Below, one piece after another: positions 39,151 through 53,680 of a stretch of DNA of 64,000 nucleotides (its first letter is position 1; each line of letters starts with the position of its first letter). Source of the DNA: Trichoplax sp. H2 (Eukaryota); contig NOWV01000184.1 of the NCBI GenBank assembly GCA_003344405.1, forward strand, positions 1 to 64,000, written 5' to 3'. Under the pieces are notes generated by a model. That model was not told the DNA's origin. It did no database searches and saw only the letters and a list, made by a program, of their open reading frames with translations. Both the position numbers and the translations under genes were made by a program.

Positions 39151-41454
39151 TAATTTTGAAGGCTTGATGTAGCAACTTCAGTGCCGTATAATGATTTGAT
39201 CCTATTTAAGATTTTAATCATTTTATATAAGAAGTGAATTCTTAACTATACTATGCCAGATTATCAAGTTCTTTGCGCTTTAGAAGTAACTTGACGCCAC
39301 AAGTACTATAGAATTAGATTTATGATAGCTATCTAGATGATTAGATATCGCATTAAAAATTTGATCCGTTTATGCTTTTGTTCGAAAGCAAAGACTGGAT
39401 CTAAAAAGCTATTTTTCAACTAACCATCATCCAATCTGTGGGATTTAATTAGGTAATTGCCAGATATTGAAAATGACAGAAAGTCGTTCTATTCTTTATG
39501 ATCTATGAAGCTATTCGGATATGCTAGCTATTGAAATCTTGATTACATCAGATAGTTATTAGCACATTTAATCTTCTAGTCCATGATAATAGCTTAAACG
39601 AGGTTAAAGTTAGATCTTTACTCTGGTGAATGGTTTCTTCAGTCCTAGTTCCTCAAATGATGTCGCCTTACAATCAAACTGAAATCGATTTTGTAGAATG
39701 CTAGCAATTATAGCGTTCATTAGATCGAAAAAATGTTATTTTACTTGATGATCTACTCAACCTTAACACTCTTTGCTATTTTAGAAATTATTTTTGAATT
39801 GTTTGAAAATGTACTGAAAGCTGTATCTTCTCTCCATGGTCCATCGAGTTCTTATTCACAGTCTATTATCCTATTAAACTGAAAATGAAAATAATGTTAA
39901 CTATTTATCATTGTAGTGTTGATTAGATCAGAAAATTTTTATTCTAGTTCATTATCTACCCATTCATAGCCAATTGAGATATGTTGAAGTTTCTAAAAAT
40001 ATTTGCAAGATAATTTTATATCATCTATTCATTCCTAAACTCTAAACTTTAAATTAAGGAATGGTTCTAGTTAACGGAACTGACAATGCGAAAGTCTAAT
40101 GCCAAAAAATAGAATATAAAATAATGGCTACTTACTCGACGGAAACATTATTTATTTCTTGTTTGTCATAGACTTCATGTTACTAAGGGTAGCCAGCCAA
40201 GTTAAAAACGGCAATACCAGTCCGGTTGATTGAGAATTTTTGGTTTCTTAGTTTACTTGACTCTATTCCGTATTAGTGAGCTAATTGGAAGAGATAGAGA
40301 ATAATCCTTCTGATTCTAACTAGAGATTTTTGACATTAATCTATAACTTCATTTTCACAATGGTAACCGATCAAATTTCGATAAGAATATCTCTGGAAAC
40401 CTTTATTGTTCGTTTTAAAACTGATAATAGATTAACGAATTTATCTAAGGATTAAAGATATGGGAGAACGATAGTTTTTCTAGTATGAATTCGACCGTGA
40501 AATTATCCTTTTTTTATTTTCCATTTCCTCATTCCTAATAGTCGCAACTAGTATGCTGGACTTAGAATCATGAAATGAATTGTTTTAATAATCCTTAACA
40601 AATTTCATTTCTCTGATTTACTCAATTTTTACTCCTAACAATTTTGTTTTGGCACGAATCAATCCTTCAGCTTTATAATCGCAACTCATGTTATAACAGT
40701 GGAATACAAATTTTGAAAATTACTATCAAAATGGCAGAGAAAGCTTGTTTATTTTATTATTTTTCGAAATTTCATCTATATTAGCATCAAAGTTGCATAG
40801 TTGTAGGTGACAAAGCAGACTGATGGGAAAAGCTATAGCAGAATATTCCCTATTGAAACATTAATTCAATCAGAAAGTGATTGATTGGCCACTTTCTCAG
40901 TATACCTATGCATTACAAATTAAACTAGAGTAAGGATGATTTGAAATAATTTATAGCCATTGGCAATCGATTTTCCAATCCTATTGAAACCTTATTACGT
41001 AAATTAAACTAGAGCAAGAACATGAATTTAACGGATTGTGAGGTTGATAGATTAAGAATCTTCAAAACTTTAGAAAATTAAGATTTATTCAGCAAAACCT
41101 CGTTTACGAAGATACAACGTAATCGATTAGCTAAGGATCTCTAACGAGAAAGAATTGTCTTACTATACTAAACTACTCGCTTATATACTTTTCCGCATTT
41201 ACAATCTTAGCACCTTACTTACTACACACTTCAGTATTACCATCTCAAACACAGGATAGTTTATACTTTTCATGTGAAGCTCTAGTGTGAGCACTGTAGC
41301 GCTCCTCTTCAAAAGGATTACAATTACCAAGCTAGCTATATTTAATAATTAAGCTTCTAACGAGAATATCTATCACAGGTTGAATACAACACCTATGGGA
41401 GACATTACTAAATATATCATCAACTTAAAATACAATATTACACTGTCTTACACA

Positions 41455-42090
41455 GATTTAAAACCAATGACAATCGATTTTCCTAATTTACAAAATCTCT
41501 GTTGGACTGACTAAGCTAGAAATACGATCAAAAGTCAATTAAACATGAATAGTAAGTAGTATTTTAGCTAATTCCAAACCTTCGATAATCGATTTTCATA
41601 CTTTACAACATCTCTATTGAACATTGGACATTGGACAGACTAAGCTAGAAATACGATCAAGAGCCAATTGAACTGGAATAGTGAATAAGATTTTAGCGGA
41701 TTTAAAAAATTTGACGATCGAATTTCCTATTTTACGTGGCATTCACTATGCAGACTAAGCTAAAAGCAAAAGTTAGTTAAACTGAAGTAGTGAATCAGCC
41801 TTTAGCGTATTTAAAACCTTTGATATCCAGTTTCCTATTTTACATAATCTTTAGTACGCAGGCGAAGCTAAGAGCAAGGTCAAGAATCGATTTAACCGGA
41901 ATATTGGAGTAGTGAGCCGAATTTTAGCGGATTTTAACTTTTGACAATAGAGTTTCCTATTTACATGATCTTTGCTAGACAGACTTAAGTTAGGGAAAAG
42001 AGTCAATTAAACTGGAGTAGTAAATAGGATTTTAGCTGATTTAAAACTTTTGACAATCTAGTTTCCTATTTTGCATGATGTTTGCTACAC
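41455..42090. repeat. Diverged tandem array, 6 copies of 109-129 bp
   Basis: GACAATCGATTTTCC-like anchor at 41469, 41584, 41713, 41822, 41943 and 42052; a related outlier near 40963. Confidence 0.9.
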
Positions 42091-42334
42091 AGAATACCCT
42101 ATTGATACTAGGAATATGATTAGTAAATTTCTCGTTATTCATTTATACAATCTTGTTAATGGTAACTCTTGAATTAAGATTGAGAATAATTTGGTCATTG
42201 TTTGAATAAGGAATTAGAGTCAATTTTATTTGTTCGTTATAATTTGTTAAACATTTGACTATAAACAAAGCAATTAATCAATTAAGTTGAAAAAGCGATG
42301 GATACGATAAGAAATTCTGAAGAATACTGCAATT

Positions 42335-43085
42335 TATTTCAAACTAGGTAGAAAGATTATTCTACTGATGCATCTTATCAAGCCAAAATTGTACAATTTA
42401 TTGGCGGTGAATAATTAATTTACCTATTCTTCAATGATGTCATTTTGCCTTTTGATCCTCTATTAATAGCTATAGTATCGATTGAGTTGGAGTACAGCTT
42501 GATTTTAAACTAGTCGCTAAGATCTTTCTACTTATTTTTAGGGCTAAATTGTACAATTTATTGGCAATGAATAATTAATTTGTCTATTTTTCAATGATAC
42601 TATTTTGTTCTTTGATTCATCTATTGGTATCTATGGCTATGGCATCGGTTTGTTTAGAATAAACTAGATTTCAAACTAGTTAGAAAGATCTTTTTATTGA
42701 CGCATCTTTCGAGACAAAGTTGGACAATTTCAATTGGTAATAAATAATTATTTTAATGATACTATTGTGCCCCCCCTTGGTCCATCTATTCATAGCTATA
42801 GTATTGGTTAGGTTGGGATATAGTCAGATTTCAAATAAGTTGGAAAGATCTTTTTGCTAGTGTATCTTGTCAAGGCAAAACTGTACAATTTTGGGGCAAT
42901 GAGTAATTGATTCAATAAAATTATTTTACGCCTTGATCCATCTATTCATAGCTATAGCATCGGTTAAGTTGGGATAGAGTTCGGTTTCAAACGAGTTGGA
43001 AAGATCTTTGTACTAGTGTATCTTTTCAAGCTTAAATGGTACAATTTATTGGCAATGAATAACTTGCCTATTCTTCAGTGGACTT
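42335..43085. repeat. Diverged tandem array, 5 copies of about 156-167 bp
   Basis: TTTCAAACTAG.T.GAAAGAT anchor at about 42337, 42504, 42669, 42829 and 42985; GTACAATTTATTGGC recurs. Confidence 0.92.
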
Positions 43086-43868
43086 ATTAGTTACAGTACA
43101 GCTAGAATAGACAGCCAACACAAATAAGTAACGGCCTATTGAAAAGAAAACAAGAGGGGAAAAAATCGTGTTTAAGATGTCCCTCCATAGACAAGACCAT
43201 CAACGGAAATAGTCAAAGGAAATAATATTAAGTTATTGAATGATAGATTAGGTTAAAATGATTACCAGAAATGATGACTATTAATAGTGAGCGATCCACT
43301 TACATGATCTAGCAGATTGAAGAGGTATTTTACCTCGGTAAACAAATGATTTTAATACTATTGTAATCATCTTCCATTTGATTGAATAATTTTATTTGCT
43401 ATTCATTCAAGTTTTTGTCCTAGATGATCAATGTCTATACAAATTTTTCCAACCTAAGCCATAATGGCCAATATAATGTATTTGTCATGTTAACAATTGC
43501 AACGATCGAAATGGATTGCTTTGATGATATATAGCTTTCAACAACATAAAATACGTATTACAGTCAATGATTTGACGGTTGTTAGTAATTACCAAACTGT
43601 AATATTTTTCGTTTTTTTCTTCTCCTTCTCCTCCTTCATCTTGCTCTCCTTTTCTTTCTGCTTGATTCATCCAACTTGGTTGATCATGAATGGATTTTAA
43701 TCCAGGTTAGTCAAATTGAAACATCAATCTTTTCTATCCGCACCAGGCATTAAATCCATTTTACACATCATTGATTCAAAATAATTTTCACCATTGAAGA
43801 TGATGATATTGATCTAGACGGATAAAATTAAAAAGAAATCGATAACTCAATCAATATTTCCACTGTAG

Positions 43869-43949
43869 GTGCTAGTTTAAAATCGAAATCCATGATTGTT
43901 GATCAACTTATCAGTGATGCTGCCACTCCAACAGGCCTAAAATCGAATG
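43869..43949 (+). CDS. PDE1: Probable upstream PDE1 exon (ASLKSKS-MIVDQLISDAATPTGLKSN); ATG at 43892 could serve as a start
   Basis: tttccactgtAG acceptor; 81 nt open, phase 1-1; donor G|gtaagt; a possible 5'UTR exon donor CAG|gttagt lies at 43706. Confidence 0.55.
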
Positions 43950-44635
43950 GTAAGTTGTTCAATTTTTTTTGTATCGGTTGATTTTTTATGTTTTTAACCT
44001 AGCTATGATGTTTTACTGTGTCTATCAAACTGCCATTTCATTGACTTTGACCAAGCACAAATTTTATTATTCTTTTAATACGTGATCGGAATGTTCTCCG
44101 CTCCTTTTCTCGGAAAAATTTGAAATACTAATTTAAATCATTTCGTTTCTTGTTGATGGTCGCTTTTGCTACCGTCCTGAACAATTTTTCTTCCTTTTGA
44201 CTCTATTTTAATTCACTTGAAATTCCAGTAAATGAATCCTAGGTATTACGTTACTCTTCCACTTCTACATAGTTTTCAATGTTGCCAGAATTGTAATTTC
44301 CCTACTTCTTGGATATTTTTGCATCGTATTAGATATCTACTCGATCGATATTGAGTGGTTTCGTAAAAGAAATAGCTATAATGAAAATTTCATCTGCCTT
44401 ATTAATGTTACAAGTACTATTAGGATAGGCACCATAGTTGTCGACTTAACCAATTCTCCTATCGCATCATTTTATAGCAGTAAAAGTCGCTATAACTAAC
44501 TTCTTTTTTGGAGATCATCCATACTTTGAATCCTCTTCGAAATTCAGAATATAGAAATGAGTCATAATCCCACAGGCTTAATGACAGACATCGAATTTTC
44601 TTAATTAAATAAAAATTTTTCTAAATCTGATTACG

Positions 44636-45290
44636 TCGGATTCCTATTATCCATTAGAAATGGAATTATTCGCTTTAAATCATACTATCGCTACATTCAT
44701 AGCCCTAAAATTGCCGATATTAAAAGCTTTCCATCTCAATTCCATTGGATTACTATTATCTAAAGGAATCTAACTCGTAAATACGACTGCTATTGGCTTA
44801 ATTAAAGCCATAAAAACTACTTTAATGAAGATTTTTTCCTATTCCAATTCTATCTGATTGCTATTATCCTTGCAACTATATTTTTTTACCTCTAATAATA
44901 ATACTAGCGCTACATTGATAGCCACAAAATTGCCAATATAAATAATTTTACTGTTCTAATTCCATTGGATTGCTATTATCCATTGGAAATTGAATTAGTT
45001 AATTCTAGTAATCATACTATGGTCTCATTGATAGCCGTTAAAAAAATGACCCAAATGAAGATTTTTGCTTATTCTAATTACACTGGATACCATTATTCAA
45101 CGGAAAATAAACTTGTTAACTCTAGTAATCATACTACTGCTATATTTATAACCGTCATAAATGATCTAAATGAAGATTATTCCTTTTCTAATTCCATTGG
45201 ATTACTATTAGCAACGGAAATCTAATTTATTAATTCCTCTAATCATACCATCACCTCATTTATAGCCACTAAAGTGACAAATTTGGCTAA
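44636..45290. repeat. Diverged tandem array, 6 copies of 108-118 bp
   Basis: GGATT.CTATTAT anchor at about 44638, 44747, 44855, 44967, 45085 and 45199; AATCATAC recurs; produces ORF 44965-45225. Confidence 0.9.
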
Positions 45291-47339
45291 TTTCCTCATA
45301 TTCTGAATATACTATACTGTAGATAAATACAGTCTAGCGTGAGCAAGATATAGTACGTGCCGGCAGTGCCAGATGCCAAATCAGAAATAAAACTCTGCTA
45401 TTTGTTTTATCCGGTTCTTGCAAACATCAAGTTTTTCCATAACTTCTACCAGTATTTAAATACTGCTGGCCACTTAAAGTCCACTAGGTTAACGCTTCTT
45501 ATTATGAAATAATTTTAGCAACAAATGTAGCTAAAATCAAGATTTTTTACATCCTAATTTTATTGAATACAGATAGTCTTTTGAAATCCTCTATTCTAAA
45601 TCATCAAATTTTTTGTATAAATGATAGCAAAGCAAGTTGCCAAAATTAAAAGTTTCCTATGTCGTAATCACATTTAAATTTTTGAGTATTCATTAATGGG
45701 TGGGTTCAAAGGATATAAAATGGAAATCTTTCTATTTTTTATACTAATTAATCTAATGGGCAGTGAATAGAACTATTTTTGAATCGATTTATTTTTCCCG
45801 ATTGCTATTGATGCCAGATTATGATAAGCTGTAATTATCCTAAAAGATTTTCTCGACTATGAACAAGTCTAAATTCAAAGAATTTCTACACTAAATGATG
45901 TATCTCAACACTATTTGACAACGTTGATCGCCTAGTTTCTATCTAATCCAGACACTTTATCCATAGCAACAGCTTCTACGCTTAATTCAGCTAATCCTTT
46001 ATGACCGAATTGAAACAGTCAAGATTGAATCGTCTAAGTTTTATAAAAACTGTAGGTATCTGGTCATGATTAGCAACCATCTTCACTCATGCTTCGCGTT
46101 TATAATAACACAGCTTACTCCTTATTAAAATTGTAGAACTTCTCTTAATTTCATATTTAATACTTTTTTTGTTTAACATTCATAATTAAGTAATCATCAG
46201 TTCAATCTTTAACCAACTGCTTTAGTTTTTACTTGATTGATAATACTAAGTAAAAATAGACTATTTACTTCCTTGCAAAATATTATATTCGATTTTTTCT
46301 TGAATTAGTAGACGATTTTGTCTGTTAAGAACATATTGATTTGATAATATAGTTATCTAATTAAATTTCATTCTACCCTTATTTCTTGTCTCGAAGTCAA
46401 TTCAATTCAATTTGTTAGACGATAATGGCTAAACTAAACTATTCAAACCAAAGCAATCATTTAATTTGCCTCAGCTATACGTTAATAGTCACGTATTCTT
46501 TTCAAAGAAGTATGCATGCTGTAAGGCCAATATATTCGTCATCATGATATGGTAGGAATAATCTAAGTTACTGCGTGAAATTTTGAAAGTACTGAGACGA
46601 AATAATTAAAATTATTTCTAATATGCTTACTATCAGGCGTTACTTGACATAGTATCGATGTTGTTTTCAATATCTTCGTAAGTAAGCAATACTAAATTAT
46701 TACTATAACCCCATGGCTTGGTTTTTCTTACTATTGGAGATTTATTACTTGCACTTCATCATCTATCCCACTATATACTTCAATTTAAACGATGCCAATG
46801 CGATTAGACAGATATCAATACTCATTGCCAATGTAGGGCTTTAAAGGAGTTAAGACAAACTATCCCCAAGCCATAATTACGGTAGAGGTTCTTATTTTAG
46901 ATATGAATAGCGGCTGTAGAGAATTTGAAATTCATTATTAGTAGCTAGACGATGGAACAATTCGATGGAAATTAATCCAATTGCCGTTATTTTATTTCTA
47001 ATAACAATATTTTATTACGCAATTTAGTAAGGCAAAAAAGCCTAAAGGCCTTCGTCCATAGAATTTGTTCAAGTAAAAACACTATTTCTAAATTTGGAAT
47101 CAAACAAATGCTTGTACCTAACTCTGATGAAATCATTAGACAATTTTGTTTTAACATTCCTAAATAAAAGATGTTTAGATATACCCCTAAAGGTTACCTG
47201 TGTACCTTTAACTTATCTCACACAATCAATAGTAATCATGAGAATAATCAATTTGTTCCATTTTACTGTGCCGGTAGTAAAATAATACAGCAATGATCCT
47301 TTAAATATTTCCATCAATTTTATAGCCGTAGTATAGATA

Positions 47340-47660
47340 GGAATACCTTTGATATCATTTTAATATCTTCGGGTCATGTCAAGTGTATTGCACTGTAAAG
47401 TATTTATCGACACTTCATCCCTATTATACTCATGGCTGGAATTTAGAAATGACATTTCATTAGACTTCTATTGGCAGCAAAATAATTTAGCAATGACAAA
47501 TTGGATATTTTTATCAATTTAATAAACATAGTGTAGTTGGGAATAGTTTTGACATCATTTTATATCTTCAGGTAAAGTTTAGTGTAATGTGCTATAAGGT
47601 ATTTAGGATACTTTATCATGTTTTACTCATGGCTGGAATTTAGAAATGATATTCCACTAC
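47340..47660. repeat. Duplication, 197 bp spacing
   Basis: ACTCATGGCTGGAATTTAGAAATGA exact at 47428 and 47625. Confidence 0.85.
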
Positions 47661-50600
47661 ATTTTAAAGATTCATTTTATTCTTCTAATCATTTGGCAGA
47701 TTCTGGTTGATTTAATGCTAGAATAATCTCATAATAAGAACAAGCTGTTTGTATTAAAGTATTCTAGATTGAGATAAATTAGAAACTCATATCTTACTCT
47801 TGCGCTAGTGATTATCTATCTCCTTAAATGTCCAAATTCAATTTTGATACTGATTTAGCAAGTAGCATAAATTAACTAAATAATATCTACATATATTTCA
47901 AGAGCAGATCATTATTAAAGAAAGATTTAAATTAAATACGTAGAATCAGTACACTTAGTAAGTACTAAACGAAATTGTCTGCATGTGTATACTATAGCTT
48001 CATGAAAAATTGAAGTAAATTAAATTAATCATAGGTAGTATGAGCTAGTAATGTAAGTCGATTGTAGTAATTTCTTCAGTACTGCCGCAACAAGCTATTC
48101 TAACTCAAAATTTAGTAAAATTCTTCTGCTATGAAGAACTGGCTTAATTAATCACAATTTGGGTTTACTGGGAGTGATCATAATGATTACGTTTGCCATC
48201 GTTTGTAGTCCAATTTTAAATCAATTCTATAGTTTGAAATGAAACTATTGAGTTCACTTAGATTTTTATCTATGACAAAAAATATTTTCAAGCCAATGCA
48301 TCAATTTCTCGTTCTAAAACCTCAAATTGGACTTTATTTAACACCCATAGTACCATGCTTCAGATTCATATAAACATTCTATTTGAAAATCGTAGCTTTG
48401 AGTTTATATATATATTAGTAACTACTGACTGTATCCATAGCTATTAATACACAAGTTTTGATAACCTTTCTATTCGGTGGTAAAATTGCAACTTTAAATT
48501 TATTTAAAAGACAAATATTTTAGCGTCTGAATTACTTGTCTATATTGCAGTAATGTTGCTACCACAACATGATCAATTTTAATACAGTCACTATTCTTAG
48601 AATTTACCGTACTAATCCATAATATCAACATTTTCTGCGAGTATAACAATTTCCATTAGGGCAGTTTGCAAAATGATCGACTTCGCATACGGTCACGTTC
48701 ATATATACGTATATATTGAGAAAGTAGCGTATTCATGTGAAAATTATAGAGAGCTTTAGGTATACTGCCGTGTATGTAAGAGTATAGAACCAACTATCAC
48801 CTTGTACAGCTATTTATAAAAATTTTATTAGCTTTATTACGTATCTTTCTGTAGAATAGAATCTGAATTTCAACATTTTATAGGAATAAATTATTCTCTA
48901 TTAATAGTATTAAAAACGGGAAAGATTTTATTCATATGATAAAGAAGCATAAGATATTTCGGTGTTCATTAGCGTTTAAGTCCATAAAACTGTATAGCTT
49001 TTCTTTTTAGAAATATTACAAAAGCACATCACTAATATTTTACTATTAGGATGAATAGGAACTTTTACTGACAATATACTACGACATATTAAAACATTTC
49101 TTTAAAGCGTAACTGATGCATAGCGTTTGCAATTAAAATTGGAGAAACAATTCTTTTTTTACGCTGTTCATGTATTTGATATAACAGATAGTTGTAAGAT
49201 CTAATTTATTGGTATGGTTTCTCGAAAATTGATTATTATATGATATGCAGTAGCACACATATTTCCGTACGATTCTCTTTGGCTTGATTTATATGTTACC
49301 TTTGTCGTTTTTTTGCGATCATTTAAAAGGTTTATTTGATCAAATATTTAGATTCCAAATAGTATTCTATTTTTTATATCCGAAATATAAATCGGTAAAG
49401 CTTATTCTTGAATAGTAACTTTAATATCAACAGATTGCATAACGAAAGGGCAACATAAATTACCAATTCATTATCTTGCTGTAATAGTCAATCATTTTAT
49501 CAGCATATTTCTCTTTGGAATTTATTTTAAATATCGACGACGTTGCCCGGCTTTTATAGTACCGATTCGATTAATATCCTAGGATAAATAATAAACTACA
49601 TAATATCAGTATTCATAGACAAATAAACTAATCCTTAGAATTATCTTACGCGCATTTGATTATCAAATAATTTATTTATTTTCGTCTTTCCGTGCATTAG
49701 TAATTACACAGTTGAAATAGCTAAGAAAATGAGCTTTTCTTTTCCTATTTAGATATACATTGACCTACAGCTATCACATTCAAATTTTCGAATGAACTTT
49801 CCGTAAAAATCAATATTATTGCTATCACCTTGTGTTACGTATTAAATTAGTTAGTACTTCAGATATTTGTTATACGCGCATATTCGCATATCTTCAAGTA
49901 AATGAACTGGAGAAAGATAGAAATTGGAACGTAGGATCTTCATGTATTTATTATTGATGCCAAAGATACTCTTAGGAAACGATGATAGACTCGATAATCT
50001 ATAACTAGGCTGCTTCGATTTATTAGCAAGGCCATATGACTATAATTTTATTGAAATAATCATGTTTATTAAAATTCTTAAAACATCTCTAACTCATATT
50101 GCCAAAGATAATTATCGTCTCAGGGCTTCTAGTGGCAGTAAAGCATGCAAAGTTTACGTATAAGTATAAATCGGTAGCTACAGCTAATTCATACGAATTG
50201 TCAGATCATGTATTACTTCGATTTCCGTTTTGAATTGTTGTAATGAACTAAATAATAACTAAAACCTAAAGTTGTATTGTCTTGTTGCCTTAACCTTGAT
50301 TTTCTTCGGAGGCGGTCAATATGACTCAGACTTTCTTTATTCTTCACCTGCTTGTCAGTTCGCCATAGAAACCTGGAACATTATTGCAATTTTGCAATTA
50401 AAGCAGACATTACGATAATAACATAGCAGTGTTGACTACGTAACCTATTCAATTTCAAACTTTAAATCATCAAATTAAATTTCATTTCATTATTCATCAT
50501 GCTGCATGTAAAATATCAGCTTCTATCTATCATTTACATTATTAACATCGCCATACGCGTAGATTAAGTCCTTGATTACTCAAGAAGTTTCACATATCGT

Positions 50601-53600
50601 ACAGACAGCATCTCTTGAGGTAGATTTTACTTGCTTATTTTCACGTAATAGATTTATTTGCCTCTAACAGACATCCATCTCGCTGCCATGCTAAATTATT
50701 CTAAGAATGTGTTAAAATATTAAATTTCGTTCAGGTTTTAATATGGTCACAAGTACAAAATTCTCCTGCATTGTGATATATCAGTAAAGTTGTCAATTGC
50801 GCATTTATTATTTTTTCGAAATTTGTTAAAAATTTTAGTTCCTATCTAGTAGAACATATGCAGCGTTAATACCCTGTGTTGCAATATTGTATTTGACTGA
50901 TTTTTAAAAATCCTAAAATATCAGTCCGTTCGATATAACCATGCCTGACAATTAATAATTTTCTTGAATCTTCGGTGGAAATGCTACATTATGTAGCTTA
51001 TAATACAACAGTAAGACGCTTGAGGTGCGTGAATGCATCAACATGGTTATCAAAACCTAATAGTACTTTTAGTTTTGACATTGAATTATGCTATGTCTAT
51101 CTTTGTTAACGCATTTATAAATTATCTGGATGGGATCGAAATAGTTACTGTATAAGGAAATACGATATCAATTTAATAACATTTTCCCGTTTAAATATAT
51201 AGACGTATATCCATCCTAAGTAAAGCTTGTTCTGTCCAAATTCTTGCTTCAGTAGGAACAATGGGGTAGTTCTGCGAATTAATTGAAGTGCATTATTAAC
51301 GTTGTTTCCAAGAAGGAAAGTTGTGTTTGACAGCTTATACAGTAATGCACTAGATTCATACGAGTAATAATAACTATAACTTAATGGCATGGCAGTTTTA
51401 ATTTTAGAACGGGCTGATACTGTATTCTTGCGTCTTAAGTACATCTTGTAATATTTTTCATAGCTCATTGGATTAGAGGGAATCTTTATAACAATCATCT
51501 ACACAAATTCAATTCTATTTTCAGTTTCAATATTATTAAAAGCTAATTTATCTTAAAATAAGTGAACTGTATTACTGGAACAATATATTTTATGTAGCAA
51601 GAATGACTTGCAAAAATACCCTTGAAATCCATTCCCAGCGCTTTAATTACAAATTATAGCGTTGTATTAAATTCTGTTCCATAGGGAGAGAATTTTTTCT
51701 CTCCAACCTGTCAGAAAGTTAACTGAAGAATACGAGAAGCCCTTCTTACATTACAAAATAAGTGAGGAAATATGCAAAACCGTTCAAAAGAACTAGACAG
51801 GCTACTAACTTCCTGCAAGTAAATAATCGCGGTTCATCCCTGCTTGAATTATCATTTCATTTGTATACGGGTATGTCATATTTCGGTAAGGAAATGATAT
51901 TTCTTTATCTTAATTAGACCTTCACTAGCTCAAAGAGGGGAAAAATTGACACATTACTCTATTTTTGGCATCCGATCAATTTTTATCTTTTATCTAAGCT
52001 ATTTTTAGACGTTATCTCGATAAGATTATTTTCAAGTCGTTCTCGTTCATTATTTCATTTTTTATCTTTCAATTTATTTATTTGCTCTGTAGTAATGATT
52101 AATAGTTCTTTTCCATTTAGTATTTTATAACTGTTATTTAATGTTATGATTAATGACATAAGCTATTATCGATTTCAATTTTAGTACCATTTTCTAATAT
52201 TGCAGCCAATGCTTGTTTCAATTTATGTTGATTAGCAGTTTTATCCAGCAGTAAATCATTTCATTGTCTTGACGCCTGGCGACATTTCATTACCGTCTTT
52301 GTTTTATACTTTTTATTGCTTACAGAAATCTTCATCATCATCGGCTGCATAGCACAGTCGCATTGTACCATGTATTTATTTACATTTCCATTTCGAGGTT
52401 ATTATCTCCCTGGTCTCCTACAGATAGCTTTCATGACCGGTATTTGTTGATCCTGACATATTGTATTTTTTATTTCGAGTCATTATCAATATCTTTAAAG
52501 GCTTCATTGCCAAGATAAACGGCGTATGGTCTGATTGATACTCTATGAACTTATTTAATCTAAAGAATTACGACATTTATTGTAATAATTCTCTCCTATC
52601 GTAATAGAAATCTGAATGATATTCCGGTACCGAGTTACCTGTAATATATTTTGATTAAATGCATTGTTACTATTGTTGAAACTAATGCCTATTCAGTTGA
52701 TTGCAATACATATGATAATATGGTACAATGATAGACCGTAGACTTCGTAATATTGCTATAATAAGCCCTGAACTAAACCCTAAATCTTCTCTACAATTGA
52801 AAACGATATAAGATATTTTAAGCGTTATGACCTTCAAAATTTTCGGAAATAAATGAATGAAAAATGATAATTACATCAATCCAAGATCTGTTGAGAATTA
52901 ATTAACTAAATTATTATCTTACCTTATTTTCCCTTTACCTACTAAGTAGCTTTACCGAATTGAAAGAGCAATGACGTTCTCTCAATTAGTAATCGACTTT
53001 TTTATTTAATTTTCAATTTAAAACGTCCATCAAGATTGATTAAAAACTTTACCTATCGCTTAATCTACTTATTATATCGAATAAAGTAAAGATGCTCTTA
53101 ATAAATACCTTTCATAATCATATATGGGAGGATTCTTTTAATTCAGTTCTTCATATCTATGGTGTCTAATGCCCCCATATACTATCTACAATACACTATG
53201 CCTTCTACATTGATATTTTTTTGAAATCATTTAAATTGTCCTCTTTACATCCACCTGACATTCATCGATATTTTTATTTTTATTGACTTAATTTTATATA
53301 CTTTAATTGAACGATAAAATTCAAATAATGATGATGATGATAATAAGAATGATAAATATTTCCCTGATATAGAAACTCCTTAAATTAATCACATTTTGTA
53401 CAAAAAGTAAAAACAATATAAAATCGTGCAATTATGTCAACTGTAGTTATTTGATTGCATTTAGCTAGCGTAAGTTTCACTAGCTATTTAATAGCAAATA
53501 TTTTTACAAATCGTAATAAAGGCACCATTAAACGCTGCAATACATAAAATCATTTAAATTAAGGCATAATTTTATTATATTCAATTAGTTGGTCTATAGA

Positions 53601-53680
53601 AAATAAATTACACGCATTAATTATTCACCGGGCTTAAATTTTCATTTTGTTTCTATCTCTCTCTATCAAAACATAATCAG

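Noticed and set aside
41455..45290. Regularly spaced repeats as CRISPR-like arrays
   Set aside because: Whole units are homologous and diverged, with no identical repeat plus unique spacer structure and no cas genes
51772..51818. MQNRSKELDRLLTSC + AA|gtaaat as a phase-2 alternative first exon joining 58530
   Set aside because: Weak donor and no other support; cannot be separated from chance
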